NCBI GenBank assembly: GCA_964613715.1
Contig: CAZTJK010000003.1
Location: 7,322-71,321, forward strand
Source: an uncultured Candidatus Saccharibacteria bacterium
Lineage (GTDB): Bacteria > Patescibacteriota > Minisyncoccia > Phycocordibacterales > GWA1-40-21
Length of the DNA: 64,000 nt
Direction: 5' to 3'
The notes under the pieces were generated by a model, which was given only the letters and a program-made list of their open reading frames with translations, had not been told where the DNA came from and made no database searches. Both the position numbers and the translations under genes were made by a program. Every line of letters begins with the position of its first letter. Positions within the stretch are counted from its first letter, which is position 1. Positions 49,191 to 57,874 of this stretch are shown here, piece by piece.

Positions 49191-49475
49191 ATGTTGGAAA
49201 TCAAGGATATCGAGAAGCTCGGCAAACTCGCGCGCATAGAGCTGTCGGATGCCGAAAAAGCGAAATTCCTCAAGGAAATCGACCCTATTTTAGGATATGT
49301 GACCCAGGTGAATGCCGTCGTCTCTTCGATCGGCACGGATAAGAAAGTTCCGGAGCATCACAATATTACTCGTCTCGATACTGGCGTGACGGATACGGGT
49401 TCGAATACTGATGTGGTCGTGAAGAATTTCCCCCAAAAGGAAAGCAATTATCTGAAAGTAAAGAAAATCCTCTAG
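49191..49475 (+). CDS. gatC: Asp/Glu-tRNA amidotransferase subunit C
   Basis: 94 aa, GatC-like. The internal ATG at 49191 was chosen. Confidence 0.75.
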   Translation: MLEIKDIEKLGKLARIELSDAEKAKFLKEIDPILGYVTQVNAVVSSIGTDKKVPEHHNITRLDTGVTDTGSNTDVVVKNFPQKESNYLKVKKIL

Positions 49476-49477
49476 CT

Positions 49478-50917
49478 ATGACTATCGATCTCAAAAATCT
49501 GACTGTCGAAAAAGCGCATGCATCGCTCAGAGCAGGCGAGTACACGGCGACCGCGCTTGCACAGGCATATCTCGATGAAATAAAAAAGAAGGATGGCGCG
49601 ATCCACGCCTATCTTGAAGTCTATGACAATGTGCTCGCCCAGGCCGGATTTGCTGACAAGGCGATTGCTGCGGCGCGTGCGGCGAAAAAAGATTTTCCGC
49701 TTCTAACAGGTATTCCGGTCGCGGTGAAAGACAATATTCTCGTGAAAGGGAAGGTGGCAAGCTCGGCATCGAAAATCCTCGAGAAATATGTAGCGGCATA
49801 TGATGCGACCGTCATCGAGAAATTGCAGCGCGAGCAGGGTGCGGTGCTTATCGGCCGGACGAATATGGATGAATTCGCCATGGGCGGCTCGACCGAGAAC
49901 TCGGCATATGGTCCGACGAAAAATCCGTTTGACACCTCGCGCGTCCCGGGCGGCTCGTCCGGCGGCTCGGCTGCGGCGGTCGCAGCAGACATGGCACTTG
50001 TCGCGCTTGGCTCGGACACCGGCGGCTCTATCCGCCAGCCGGCGTCTTTCTGCGGGCTTGTCGGCTTGAAGCCAACGTATGGCGCGGTATCTCGCTATGG
50101 CGTTATGGCTATGGGCTCGTCGCTCGATCAGATCGGTCCGTTTGGCAAGACGGTGCGGGATGCAGAAATACTGTTCAATGCAATCAAAGGCAAAGACCCG
50201 ATGGACGGTACCTCACGCGATTTTCCGGAGAAAAAAGCCCCGGCAAAACTGAAAATCGGCGTGCCGCGTGACTTCTTGAGTATGGGCGGCATCGACAAGG
50301 CGGTGATAGACAATTTCAATGCATCGCTTGCGAAACTCAAATCGCTCGGCCACGAGATCGTGGATATCGCATTGCCGAATCTCAAATACTCGCTCGCAGT
50401 CTATTACATCATCGTGCCGGCGGAAGTGTCATCGAACATGGCTCGCTACGACGGCATGCGCTACGGCACGCGCATCGCGGGCGGGAACGGCATCGAGGAA
50501 TATCTCTTGTCGCGCCAGGCAGGGCTCGGCGCCGAAGTGAAGCGCCGCATCATTGTCGGCACGTATGTGCTTTCCTCCGGCTATTATGATGCGTATTACA
50601 ATAAGGCGAATATTGTCCGTGATCTTATCACCGCGGATTACAAGAAAGCATTCCAGACAGTCGATGTCATCGCGACGCCGACCACGCCAGACGCCGCATT
50701 CAAACTTGGTGAGAAAGTGAATGATCCGCTTGCCATGTACCTCGAGGATATATTTACCGTGCCGGTGAATCTTTCCGGCGTCCCGGCTATTTCAGTACCG
50801 TCCGGATTCAAGGAAGCATCAGGAACGCAATTGCCGCTCGGCATCCAATTCATCGCTGATCACGGCGGCGAATCCATTCTCTTTGCTGCGGCAAAAAGCT
50901 TCCGCGGCGAGAAATAG
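49478..50917 (+). CDS. gatA: Glu-tRNA(Gln)/Asp-tRNA(Asn) amidotransferase subunit A
   Basis: Amidase signature GGSSGGSAAAVAA. 479 aa. Confidence 0.93.
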   Translation: MTIDLKNLTVEKAHASLRAGEYTATALAQAYLDEIKKKDGAIHAYLEVYDNVLAQAGFADKAIAAARAAKKDFPLLTGIPVAVKDNILVKGKVASSASKILEKYVAAYDATVIEKLQREQGAVLIGRTNMDEFAMGGSTENSAYGPTKNPFDTSRVPGGSSGGSAAAVAADMALVALGSDTGGSIRQPASFCGLVGLKPTYGAVSRYGVMAMGSSLDQIGPFGKTVRDAEILFNAIKGKDPMDGTSRDFPEKKAPAKLKIGVPRDFLSMGGIDKAVIDNFNASLAKLKSLGHEIVDIALPNLKYSLAVYYIIVPAEVSSNMARYDGMRYGTRIAGGNGIEEYLLSRQAGLGAEVKRRIIVGTYVLSSGYYDAYYNKANIVRDLITADYKKAFQTVDVIATPTTPDAAFKLGEKVNDPLAMYLEDIFTVPVNLSGVPAISVPSGFKEASGTQLPLGIQFIADHGGESILFAAAKSFRGEK

Positions 50918-50944
50918 AGAAGCCCTCGTGATATACTATTTTGC

Positions 50945-51598
50945 ATGATACAGACGAGCGTAGACACGATGCACTCCTATGATCCGATTGCCATCCTGAA
51001 GGCCCTTCGAGACCTTATTTTCGGCATTCCGGGCGGCAAAACAGCGACGAGTACTCTCATTGGGCAGATCCATCAGACGGCTGCTGATGTGGCCCAAACT
51101 GCCCCGTATTATCTCATCAACCTGTTCGCCAAATACGCCGTATTCGCATTCCTGTTTTCCATCGCTATGCTTATCGTCATCGTGCTCTATGCCTATCGGT
51201 ATAATGCGACAAAAGACAGAATGATCAAAAAAATCGTGCCGCAGGGCAGCGAGGCCGGCGGAGATATGGCAGCTACTGAAGCGGAAAATCCGAAATGGAA
51301 GCTCGTGCAAGAGCATATCAATTCCGATGACCCGAACAAATGGAAGCTTGCCATCCTTGAGTCCGATATCATTCTTGCCGATCTGTTGGACAGCTTGCAG
51401 CTGCCGGGGGACGGCGTCGGAGAAAAGCTGAAAGCAGTGGAAAAATCTGATTTCAATACGATCGAGGATGCATGGGAAGCGCATAAGATCAGGAATGCGA
51501 TCGCGCATGAAGGATCTGATTTCCTCATCAATGCACGGGAAGCGAAGCGCGTGATCGGGCTCTACGAGAATGTATTCACCGAGTTCGAGATAATCTAA
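50945..51598 (+). CDS. hypothetical protein with one TM
   Basis: 217 aa, no recognisable domain. Confidence 0.4.
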   Translation: MIQTSVDTMHSYDPIAILKALRDLIFGIPGGKTATSTLIGQIHQTAADVAQTAPYYLINLFAKYAVFAFLFSIAMLIVIVLYAYRYNATKDRMIKKIVPQGSEAGGDMAATEAENPKWKLVQEHINSDDPNKWKLAILESDIILADLLDSLQLPGDGVGEKLKAVEKSDFNTIEDAWEAHKIRNAIAHEGSDFLINAREAKRVIGLYENVFTEFEII

Positions 51599-51622
51599 AA
51601 GGCCTCTTCCGAGGCCTTTTCA
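51597..51622. terminator. bidirectional terminator
   Basis: aaaaggcctcttccgaggcctttt. Confidence 0.6.
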
Positions 51623-51628
51623 ATTATG

Positions 51629-51702
51629 CGCGACCGAGCGGACTCGAACCGCCGACCTCCCGCGTGACAGGCGGGCGCTCTAACCAGCTGAGCTACGATC
51701 GC
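51629..51702 (-). tRNA. tRNA-Asp (anticodon GUC)
   Basis: GCGATCG-TA-GCTCAGCTGGTTAGAGC-cccgc-CTGTCAC-gcggg...GGTTCGAGTCC. Confidence 0.85.
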
Positions 51703-51750
51703 AACCCCGATAAAATAGCAGAAATATTGATTCTCGGCAATTTCATCGTG

Positions 51751-51821
51751 TGTCGATGGATGGAATCGGACCATCGTTTGAGGCTTATGAGTCCCCCGTT
51801 CTACCATTGAACTACACCGAC
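51751..51821 (-). tRNA. tRNA with anticodon CAU (elongator Met, or Ile2 with lysidine)
   Basis: Acceptor gtcggtg/catcgac with G1-C72 paired. Anticodon loop cTCATAa. T-loop tccgatt, which is atypical with C55. Confidence 0.55.
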
Positions 51822-51860
51822 ATTCGTCGCACTATAGCATTTTTCCTCTGAAAAACAAAT

Positions 51861-51897
51861 CAAAATGCTGCGCGCCCGAAGGGCGCGCAGCATTTTG
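51861..51897. terminator. strong hairpin between two tRNA genes
   Basis: caaaatgctgcgcgcccgaagggcgcgcagcattttg. Confidence 0.5.
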
Positions 51898-51904
51898 ATT
51901 CTTG

Positions 51905-51975
51905 TTGCGGGGACAGGATTTGCACCTATATCTTCAGGTTATGAGCCTGACGAATTACTGTTACTCTACCCCGCT
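51905..51975 (-). tRNA. tRNA with anticodon CAU that has initiator-like features (candidate tRNA-fMet)
   Basis: A1xA72 mismatch at the top of the acceptor stem, A11:U24 in the D-stem, and a perfect anticodon arm tcagg-cTCATAa-cctga. The D-loop lacks GG and the T-loop tgcaaat is atypical. The likely promoter is TTGATT-16-TATACT on the minus strand at 51984-52012. Confidence 0.45.
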
Positions 51976-52103
51976 AGTAGGGCAGTATACGCTGAAACAC
52001 TGAAAAATCAAGGTTCTGCTAGACTTGGTTGACAATATTTCTCGTAGCACGTATCGTGCATGATAGCTCGTTATTTTATATTTTACAGAAGGATGGTGGC
52101 GCC

Positions 52104-52421
52104 ATGGCCGATCAGCCAAGAGCTCCGAAAGAATGCGATAAAACTATCTACGAAAAGGGGATATTTGTTTGTATGACCGATAGTATCCCGGCGGATGCTA
52201 CGGAGCAGTGGGTTCAGAAAATTGCCAAACAATCCGGCCAGAAGGTTGATTGGTTTTTTATGGGAGGACGGATTGTCGTAAAAGCCCTGGGAGATATGCA
52301 AAAGGTGCGATCGGCTGTTCGTGCATTGACACCGGAGCACAACAGGCTTTTTCGGGAAGCAGCTCAAAGTAGGGTGCCGGGATTGTCTGCAGCTTCGATA
52401 GTCGTGCCAAAGCTTCTGTAA
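52104..52421 (+). CDS. hypothetical protein
   Basis: 105 aa from the ATG at 52104 with RBS gaaggatgg. The longer track ORF was rejected. Confidence 0.35.
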   Translation: MADQPRAPKECDKTIYEKGIFVCMTDSIPADATEQWVQKIAKQSGQKVDWFFMGGRIVVKALGDMQKVRSAVRALTPEHNRLFREAAQSRVPGLSAASIVVPKLL

Positions 52422-52432
52422 TCTGGGAGTGT

Positions 52433-52470
52433 TCGTATACGCGTACCATTCGGTACGCGTATTTATTTTA
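52433..52470. terminator. bidirectional terminator
   Basis: atacgcgtaccattcggtacgcgtat followed by ttatttta. Confidence 0.55.
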
Positions 52471-53419
52471 TGATTTTCTCTATCACCTGCCGTATTGCTT
52501 TCGGATCGGAAACGAGTGCGCCTTTGTCGTTTGTGACGGCAAGCGGCGCGAAGATAACGCGTTTGTCGGAGCGCTTCACGAATTTACTGAGCTCGACTTT
52601 GCTTTCGAGAGAATAGTTCAGCAGCACTTTTTTGGCGATCGGCGCATTATTCGAAACGATATGGTCGACTTTCGTGCCGAGGTATTTCTCGATCTCGCGG
52701 ATGAAATCGTCTGCGGTATAGTTGTCCGTTTCGCCGGATTTCGTCATGATATTCAAAAAGAGAATGATGGTCGCACCGCTTTTCTTCACGGCTTCCTTGA
52801 CGCCGGATGGCAAGAGCGTCGGTACGATGCTGGAATACAAATCTCCTGGAGAAATGATGATATAGTCGGCCGTGGTAATTGCTTTTTTCACATCACTCGA
52901 TGCTGAGACACGCGGCGACAGATACACGCTTTTGATGGAATGAACATTCGGATTCCAAAGCGGATTTTGCGCAATCGTATCGATATTCGTCTCGCCAGAA
53001 ATGACGCTGCCCATGGCAAGCTTCGCGCGCAATTCCGTCTTCTGTTCGGTGACCGGCAATACAGTATGGCCGTTGATATCGCAGATATCTGCCATAGTCT
53101 TCATTGCTGAACGGAGATTGCCCGTTTCCTCAAGGGCGAAGAAAAGGAGGTTCTTGATGGAGTGCCCCTCGATCGGCCCTGCGCCATAACGGTAGGAAAG
53201 AGCCTTTGCAAGCGCTGGCTTTCTCGAGAGTGCGACGATGCATTTGGTCAGGTCACCGAGGTAGCCGCTTGCGCCATAGGCGTCAGCGAGGATACCGGTA
53301 GAGCCTCCGGAATCGGTGCTCGGGCAGATCGCGGTAATGGCGATGTCTTTCGTATCCTTGAGTGCCGAGAGCACTTGCGAATGGCCGCTGCCGCCGCCGA
53401 GCGTGACGATATTTTTCAT
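52463..53419 (-). CDS. yvcK: YvcK/CofD-family protein (gluconeogenesis factor / UPF0052)
   Basis: MKNIVTLGGGSGHSQVLSALK matches the N-terminus of the family. 318 aa. Confidence 0.8.
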   Translation of the reverse strand: MKNIVTLGGGSGHSQVLSALKDTKDIAITAICPSTDSGGSTGILADAYGASGYLGDLTKCIVALSRKPALAKALSYRYGAGPIEGHSIKNLLFFALEETGNLRSAMKTMADICDINGHTVLPVTEQKTELRAKLAMGSVISGETNIDTIAQNPLWNPNVHSIKSVYLSPRVSASSDVKKAITTADYIIISPGDLYSSIVPTLLPSGVKEAVKKSGATIILFLNIMTKSGETDNYTADDFIREIEKYLGTKVDHIVSNNAPIAKKVLLNYSLESKVELSKFVKRSDKRVIFAPLAVTNDKGALVSDPKAIRQVIEKIIK

Positions 53420-53437
53420 AGTGGGTATTCTACGCGC

Positions 53438-53974
53438 CTAGGCATTTTTGACAAGCTGCACGGCGCTTTTCTCGAGCAGCGTTTTCTGGAGCTCCCGCGC
53501 GGTACCGATATCGATGATGTCGAGCACCACTTCCGATTCTTCGCCGTGCTTGCCGTCAGTGGTAGCGGCAGTGAGCACGATGATCTTGCCGATGCCGACA
53601 AGCTTGCCGAGAATACTTTCATCGATGTCGACATCCTGGATCTGGCGATAGGGAATGGATATCTCGTCCTTGCTGATAATGCCGCGATTGATCCTGAACG
53701 CGAAGTCATCGAGCATGATATGCGTGCCGAAATAGCGCCAGAGATTGACGAATAAGCCGATCGCGATCGCGGCGATCGCGAAAAGATAAAGTCCTCCGGT
53801 CAGGAAGAGGATAATCTTGTTCACGCCGTCTGCGCTCGTATAGCCGGAATGAAGGAAGAGGCCGATGACGGTATTCTTGAATGAGAGCAACGCAAGCGAA
53901 AGAAACAAAAGTATCACGCCCGGCAACAAGCCCTTGATCACGTAGGCGATAAGCGCGCGGAATCCAAGTGTCAT
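53438..53974 (-). CDS. membrane-anchored bacterial PH-domain protein (YdbS/YdbT-like)
   Basis: Two N-terminal TM helices are followed by a bPH_2-like domain. Confidence 0.6.
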   Translation of the reverse strand: MTLGFRALIAYVIKGLLPGVILLFLSLALLSFKNTVIGLFLHSGYTSADGVNKIILFLTGGLYLFAIAAIAIGLFVNLWRYFGTHIMLDDFAFRINRGIISKDEISIPYRQIQDVDIDESILGKLVGIGKIIVLTAATTDGKHGEESEVVLDIIDIGTARELQKTLLEKSAVQLVKNA

Positions 53975-54067
53975 GCTTCTATGCTAGCATAGAGTCCCTT
54001 CGAGGAGAACCATCTTTTCCTTTTGCAAAAAAGGGAAAAATCGCTTAGTATGCACAGTGCTTGCCGT

Positions 54068-54143
54068 GCCGTTGTAGCTCAGTCGGTAGAGCACGTCATT
54101 GGTAATGACGAGGTCACCAGTTCGATCCTGGTCAACGGCTCCA
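54068..54143 (+). tRNA. tRNA-Thr (anticodon GGU), CCA encoded
   Basis: GCCGTTG-TA-GCTCAGTCGGTAGAGC-cgtca-tTGGTAa-tgacg...GGTTCGATCC...CAACGGCTCCA. Confidence 0.9.
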
Positions 54144-54144
54144 G

Positions 54145-54217
54145 GCCACCTTAGCTCAGTTGGTAGAGCACATCTTTCGTAAAGATGGGGTCCGCGGTTC
54201 GATCCCGCGAGGTGGCT
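54145..54217 (+). tRNA. tRNA-Thr (anticodon CGU)
   Basis: GCCACCT-TA-GCTCAGTTGGTAGAGC-catct-tTCGTAa-agatg...GGTTCGATCCCGCG-AGGTGGC-T. It begins 1 nt after the CCA of the previous tRNA. Confidence 0.9.
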
Positions 54218-54219
54218 CA

Positions 54220-54960
54220 AAAGGACAGTTGCATTTTGTGTGCCGAGTGCTAGCATTTTCATATCCGAAAGAATTTCTGTCTGTAGGCTTTACGGCCATA
54301 GATAGGCGGATTGAGGAGCCTGGATTAGATACCCAGGTTGCGGTTGTGCAAGCGCGGACGTTGTCCGCGAGCATGGAGCCGGTTCTCGGCTATTCTGCAC
54401 AGGTAGGCCTGCGATTGCGATGGGCCACATGCCTTGTCTTGACCTCCGCCTTTGCCTTCTTTCGGATTCGGATGTTGTACCGCCGATTGCATTCGGCGGC
54501 TTAGAATCCTCCGCTTTCCATTGGGTAGCGGGGGATTTTTTATTTTAACTATGTTAGTATTTTATGGTTCAGAAAAGATGAGGTTTGAGAGGGTTCTTCA
54601 CGTCATGCTTGTCGCTTTCTGTTGTGTATGCCAGATTCAAAAACCACAACAGGTATGTTTCAAGTTGACGAACTTGTACACACCGCCTTTCCAATTTTTC
54701 TGGACAATAATAATCCCCGCGGCTTTGTCACGGGGATTTTTTGTGTCATTCTGTGCTTACTTGAGTTCAAAATGAATTGTGCTACTATTTTTGTAGGTTA
54801 GGGGCTCTCTCTCGTGCGCGAGGGAGGTACCACATCCGGATCGGAAAAAAGCTACCGATATAAGGACCGGCTGAAACGAACTTTCCCATAAATTCTGGCG
54901 AGTTCCTGCCTACCTGACCTATTCCCCTGTCTGCAGATGGGGGATTTTTTTATGGCCTTC
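54220..54960 (+). other. 740-bp non-coding region punctuated by three intrinsic terminators (54511-54545, 54713-54743, 54923-54952), candidate small RNA loci
   Basis: No credible ORF is present. The only track ORF reads through a terminator hairpin. Each of the three units of about 200-320 nt ends in a GC hairpin plus a T-run. Confidence 0.35.
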
Positions 54961-54976
54961 TGCTATACTCGACCCC

Positions 54977-55849
54977 ATGAAAGAAGAACTCGAAGCGAAG
55001 CTGAAATCATTGGAAGCCGACGTGCAACGCCCGGATTTCTGGACGGATAAGGCGAAAGCGCAGGCGACGCTCAAGGAAATCAATTTCCTCAAATCTGAAA
55101 TACTCGGCAAGAACAAATACGATGCGGGCCATGCCATCATGACCATCTTTTCCGGGGCGGGGGGCGATGATGCGGAGGATTTTTCCCGGATACTTTTTGA
55201 AATGTATTCGAAATATTGCGCCAAGCAGAACTGGGACTATCGCATCGTGGATGAGACGGAAAACGACCACGGCGGCTATCGCAATATCACGCTCGAGATC
55301 ATCGGGCCGAATGCCTACGGTCTCTTGAAGCATGAGTCTGGCGTGCATCGTCTCGTGCGCCTGTCGCCCTTCAATGCGAAAAGTCTGCGGCAGACTTCCT
55401 TTTCGCTTGTCGAAGTTGTGCCGAAAATTGATAAAGATGGCGAGATACAAGTCCCGGATACTGAGCTCAAGATAGATATCTCGAAAGCAGGCGGTCCCGG
55501 CGGACAGAACGTGAACAAGCGCGAGACGGCGGTGCGCATGGTCCATATTCCGACTGGTATCGCGGTACGCAGCGCTTCCGAGCGTTCGCAGCAGCAGAAT
55601 CGCGAGAAAGCACTCCAAGTATTGAAGGGCAAATTGTATAAGCTGAAAGAAGCGGAGGATAAGGCCAAGCAAAGCGGCATGCATATCTCGAAGACGGTAT
55701 CGATAGACTGGGGGAATCAGATACGCTCGTATGTCTTTCACCCGTATAAGATGATCAAGGATCATCGCACGGATGTGGAAACGGCGAATATCGACAAGGT
55801 ATTGAATGGCGATCTTACTGATTTCATCGACGCGGAGAAGAATCTATAA
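54977..55849 (+). CDS. prfB: peptide chain release factor 2, N-terminally reduced, with no programmed frameshift
   Basis: SPF tripeptide (RLSPFNAK) and GGQ (AGGPGGQNVNK). 290 aa. The extended -10 TGcTATACT lies 7 nt upstream of the ATG. No upstream CTT-TGA shift site is present. Confidence 0.85.
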   Translation: MKEELEAKLKSLEADVQRPDFWTDKAKAQATLKEINFLKSEILGKNKYDAGHAIMTIFSGAGGDDAEDFSRILFEMYSKYCAKQNWDYRIVDETENDHGGYRNITLEIIGPNAYGLLKHESGVHRLVRLSPFNAKSLRQTSFSLVEVVPKIDKDGEIQVPDTELKIDISKAGGPGGQNVNKRETAVRMVHIPTGIAVRSASERSQQQNREKALQVLKGKLYKLKEAEDKAKQSGMHISKTVSIDWGNQIRSYVFHPYKMIKDHRTDVETANIDKVLNGDLTDFIDAEKNL

Positions 55850-55853
55850 GAGA

Positions 55854-55895
55854 AAACTGGGCGGGCCTGCAAAGCAGGCCCGCCCAGTTTTATTT
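55854..55895 (+). terminator. rho-independent terminator
   Basis: aaactgggcgggcctgcaaagcaggcccgcccagttttatttc. Confidence 0.65.
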
Positions 55896-55924
55896 CTCCG
55901 GTAATACTGCTATACTATTCATTC

Positions 55925-56605
55925 ATGATCGTTTTCGAGAAAGTCAGCAAGATATACGCAGATGAGACCGTCGCGCTCGACGAGGTGACCGTCTCCATAG
56001 ATCCGAAAGAATTCGTCTCTATCGTCGGCCACTCCGGCGCGGGCAAGACCACCCTTATCAAGATGCTCCTGGCCGAGGAAAAGCCGACCTCCGGCCGCGT
56101 TTTTTACGAGTCCCTCGATATCCATAAGCTGAAAAAGAACGAGATCCATCATCTCCGCAGGAAGATCGGCACGGTGTTTCAGGATTTTCGCCTCCTGCCC
56201 AACAAGACCGTCTATGAGAACATCGCTTTTGCCATGGAAGTGTCCGGAAAAGGCGATGCGGAAATCCATGCTGATGTGCCGCATGTCTTGGAGCTCGTCA
56301 ATCTTGGCAATAAGGCATTTAATTTCCCGCACGAACTTTCAGGAGGAGAAAAGCAACGCGTCGCCATCGCCCGTGCCATCGTGAACCAGCCGGATATCAT
56401 CATTGCCGACGAGCCAACCGGCAATCTTGACCCGATCAATACCTATGAAGTCGTGCAGATCCTGAAGAAGATCAATGATCTCGGCACGACGGTCATCCTT
56501 ACCACCCACAACAAAGGCGTGATCGACAGCCTCGGCAGGCGTGTGCTCACCATGGAAAACGGCAAGGTGGTCCGCGATGACAAGACAGGTAAGTTTTCAA
56601 TGTAG
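55925..56605 (+). CDS. ftsE: cell-division ABC transporter ATP-binding protein FtsE
   Basis: Walker [11 protein letters not shown] and signature [14 protein letters not shown]. 226 aa. Confidence 0.93.
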   Translation: MIVFEKVSKIYADETVALDEVTVSIDPKEFVSIVGHSGAGKTTLIKMLLAEEKPTSGRVFYESLDIHKLKKNEIHHLRRKIGTVFQDFRLLPNKTVYENIAFAMEVSGKGDAEIHADVPHVLELVNLGNKAFNFPHELSGGEKQRVAIARAIVNQPDIIIADEPTGNLDPINTYEVVQILKKINDLGTTVILTTHNKGVIDSLGRRVLTMENGKVVRDDKTGKFSM

Positions 56606-56620
56606 TATAATGCAATAACG

Positions 56621-57553
56621 ATGTTCTGGCTCAATACCAAAAGAATTATCCGCTCCGGCCTTCAGAATTTCTTCAGGAACGGCTTCGTTTCGCTTTCATC
56701 CGTGCTCGTCATGACGATTACGCTGTTTATCATCGCTTCCGTAATGATTCTCGGCGGCTTTTTGAACTACAGCCTCAATCAGGTCAAGGAAAAGGTGGAT
56801 GTGAAAGTGTATTTCGTCACGACTGCCGATGAAAACGACATTCTTGCCATCAAGAAATCGCTCGAGGGGCTCGCTGAAGTGGCTCGTGTCGAATACACCT
56901 CACGCGACACAGCACTTGCCAATTTCCGTGACAAACACGCGGGCGACAGCCTCACGCTCGCTGCGCTCGACGAGCTTGGCGATAATCCGCTCGGCGCATC
57001 GCTCAATATCAAAGCGAAGGATCCGTCCCAATATGCCGGCATCGCCGAATTCTTGAATGGCAATAGCTCGGAGCTCCTGTCCAAAGACGGCTCGAAGATC
57101 ATCGACAGCGTGAATTATGCCCAGAACAAGATGGTTATTGATCGCTTGAATAGTATACTCAATTCAGCAAACAAGCTCGGCCTTTCGCTCGCCATCCTCT
57201 TCATCATCATCTCGGTGCTCGTGACTTTCAATACCATCAAGCTGACCATTTTCATGGCACGTGATGAAATATCCGTCATGCGGCTTGTCGGCGCCTCAAG
57301 CAAATACGTGAAGGGGCCGTTCGTCGTCTCTGGCGTATTTTGCGGCATCATCTCGGCATTCCTTGTCATCCTCTGTTTTGCTGTCATTACCTACGGTATC
57401 AATCATTATTACAGCGCCTATTTTGTCGGCTTCGATCTCTTCTCGTATTATATGCAGATCTTTTTCAAGATAGCGGGAGTTGTTTTCGGATCAGGCATAC
57501 TTGCCGGTGCCATCGCAAGCTATCTGGCAGCGCAGAAGTATTTGAAGAATTAA
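56621..57553 (+). CDS. ftsX: cell-division ABC transporter permease FtsX
   Basis: 310 aa. A TM helix is followed by a periplasmic domain and then 3 TM helices. It lies directly after ftsE. Confidence 0.85.
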   Translation: MFWLNTKRIIRSGLQNFFRNGFVSLSSVLVMTITLFIIASVMILGGFLNYSLNQVKEKVDVKVYFVTTADENDILAIKKSLEGLAEVARVEYTSRDTALANFRDKHAGDSLTLAALDELGDNPLGASLNIKAKDPSQYAGIAEFLNGNSSELLSKDGSKIIDSVNYAQNKMVIDRLNSILNSANKLGLSLAILFIIISVLVTFNTIKLTIFMARDEISVMRLVGASSKYVKGPFVVSGVFCGIISAFLVILCFAVITYGINHYYSAYFVGFDLFSYYMQIFFKIAGVVFGSGILAGAIASYLAAQKYLKN

Positions 57554-57560
57554 AAGGATA

Positions 57561-57596
57561 AAAGGGCGCGGGCCTTCGGCCCGCGCCCTTTTCCCT
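57561..57596 (+). terminator. rho-independent terminator
   Basis: aaagggcgcgggccttcggcccgcgccctttt. Confidence 0.65.
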
Positions 57597-57631
57597 TGAA
57601 AAAACGGCATTTTCAGGTATCATCAGCCGTA

Positions 57632-57702
57632 TTGCGGGATCGTCTAATGGTAGGACACGCCCCTCTGGAGGGTGGTATCTTGGTTCGAGTCCAAGTCCCG
57701 CA
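57632..57702 (+). tRNA. tRNA-Gln (anticodon CUG)
   Basis: U1:A72 (tgcggga/tcccgca), D-arm gtc-taatggta-ggac, anticodon arm cgccc-cTCTGGa-gggtg, T-arm cttgg-ttcgagt-ccaag. 71 nt. Confidence 0.75.
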
Positions 57703-57846
57703 GCAAAAAGAACACAGCGATTTTTGCTGCGGGAAGCAAGCGCAGAGCTTGCGTCTTGGACGAGAAGACCTTGAGTATATCGCACGGAGCCTTTGCGAGT
57801 ACGATACGAAAGGTGTACAGTGCCTGTAAGGAACGAGATGCGAAGC

Positions 57847-57862
57847 GGTCCAAGTCCCGCAG
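57847..57862 (+). repeat. exact 16-bp direct copy of the tRNA-Gln 3' end (gtccaagtcccgcagc)
   Basis: It is identical to 57688-57703 and sits 159 bp downstream, immediately before the AT-rich island. Confidence 0.6.
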
Positions 57863-57874
57863 CTAGCAAATCTC

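Noticed and set aside
54322-54334. An exact 13-mer ggattagataccc, the universally conserved 16S rRNA 785 region, inside the non-coding stretch
   Set aside because: The flanking bases (cctg...aggttgcgg) do not continue the 16S sequence. No other rRNA signatures are nearby. It is most likely coincidental or part of an unrelated hairpin (cctgg-attagatac-ccagg), and not an rRNA gene or fragment.
54452-54775. A 107-aa ORF in the long intergenic region
   Set aside because: It reads straight through a strong terminator hairpin (54713-54743), has no RBS or promoter context, and has a Cys/Phe-rich low-complexity translation. It is not a gene.
54900-54980. Search for the canonical prfB +1 frameshift site (CTT TGA C with an upstream SD-like element)
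   Set aside because: The sequence upstream of the prfB ATG is a terminator plus an extended -10. It has no in-frame short ORF ending in CTT-TGA. The gene simply starts later than the E. coli homologue.
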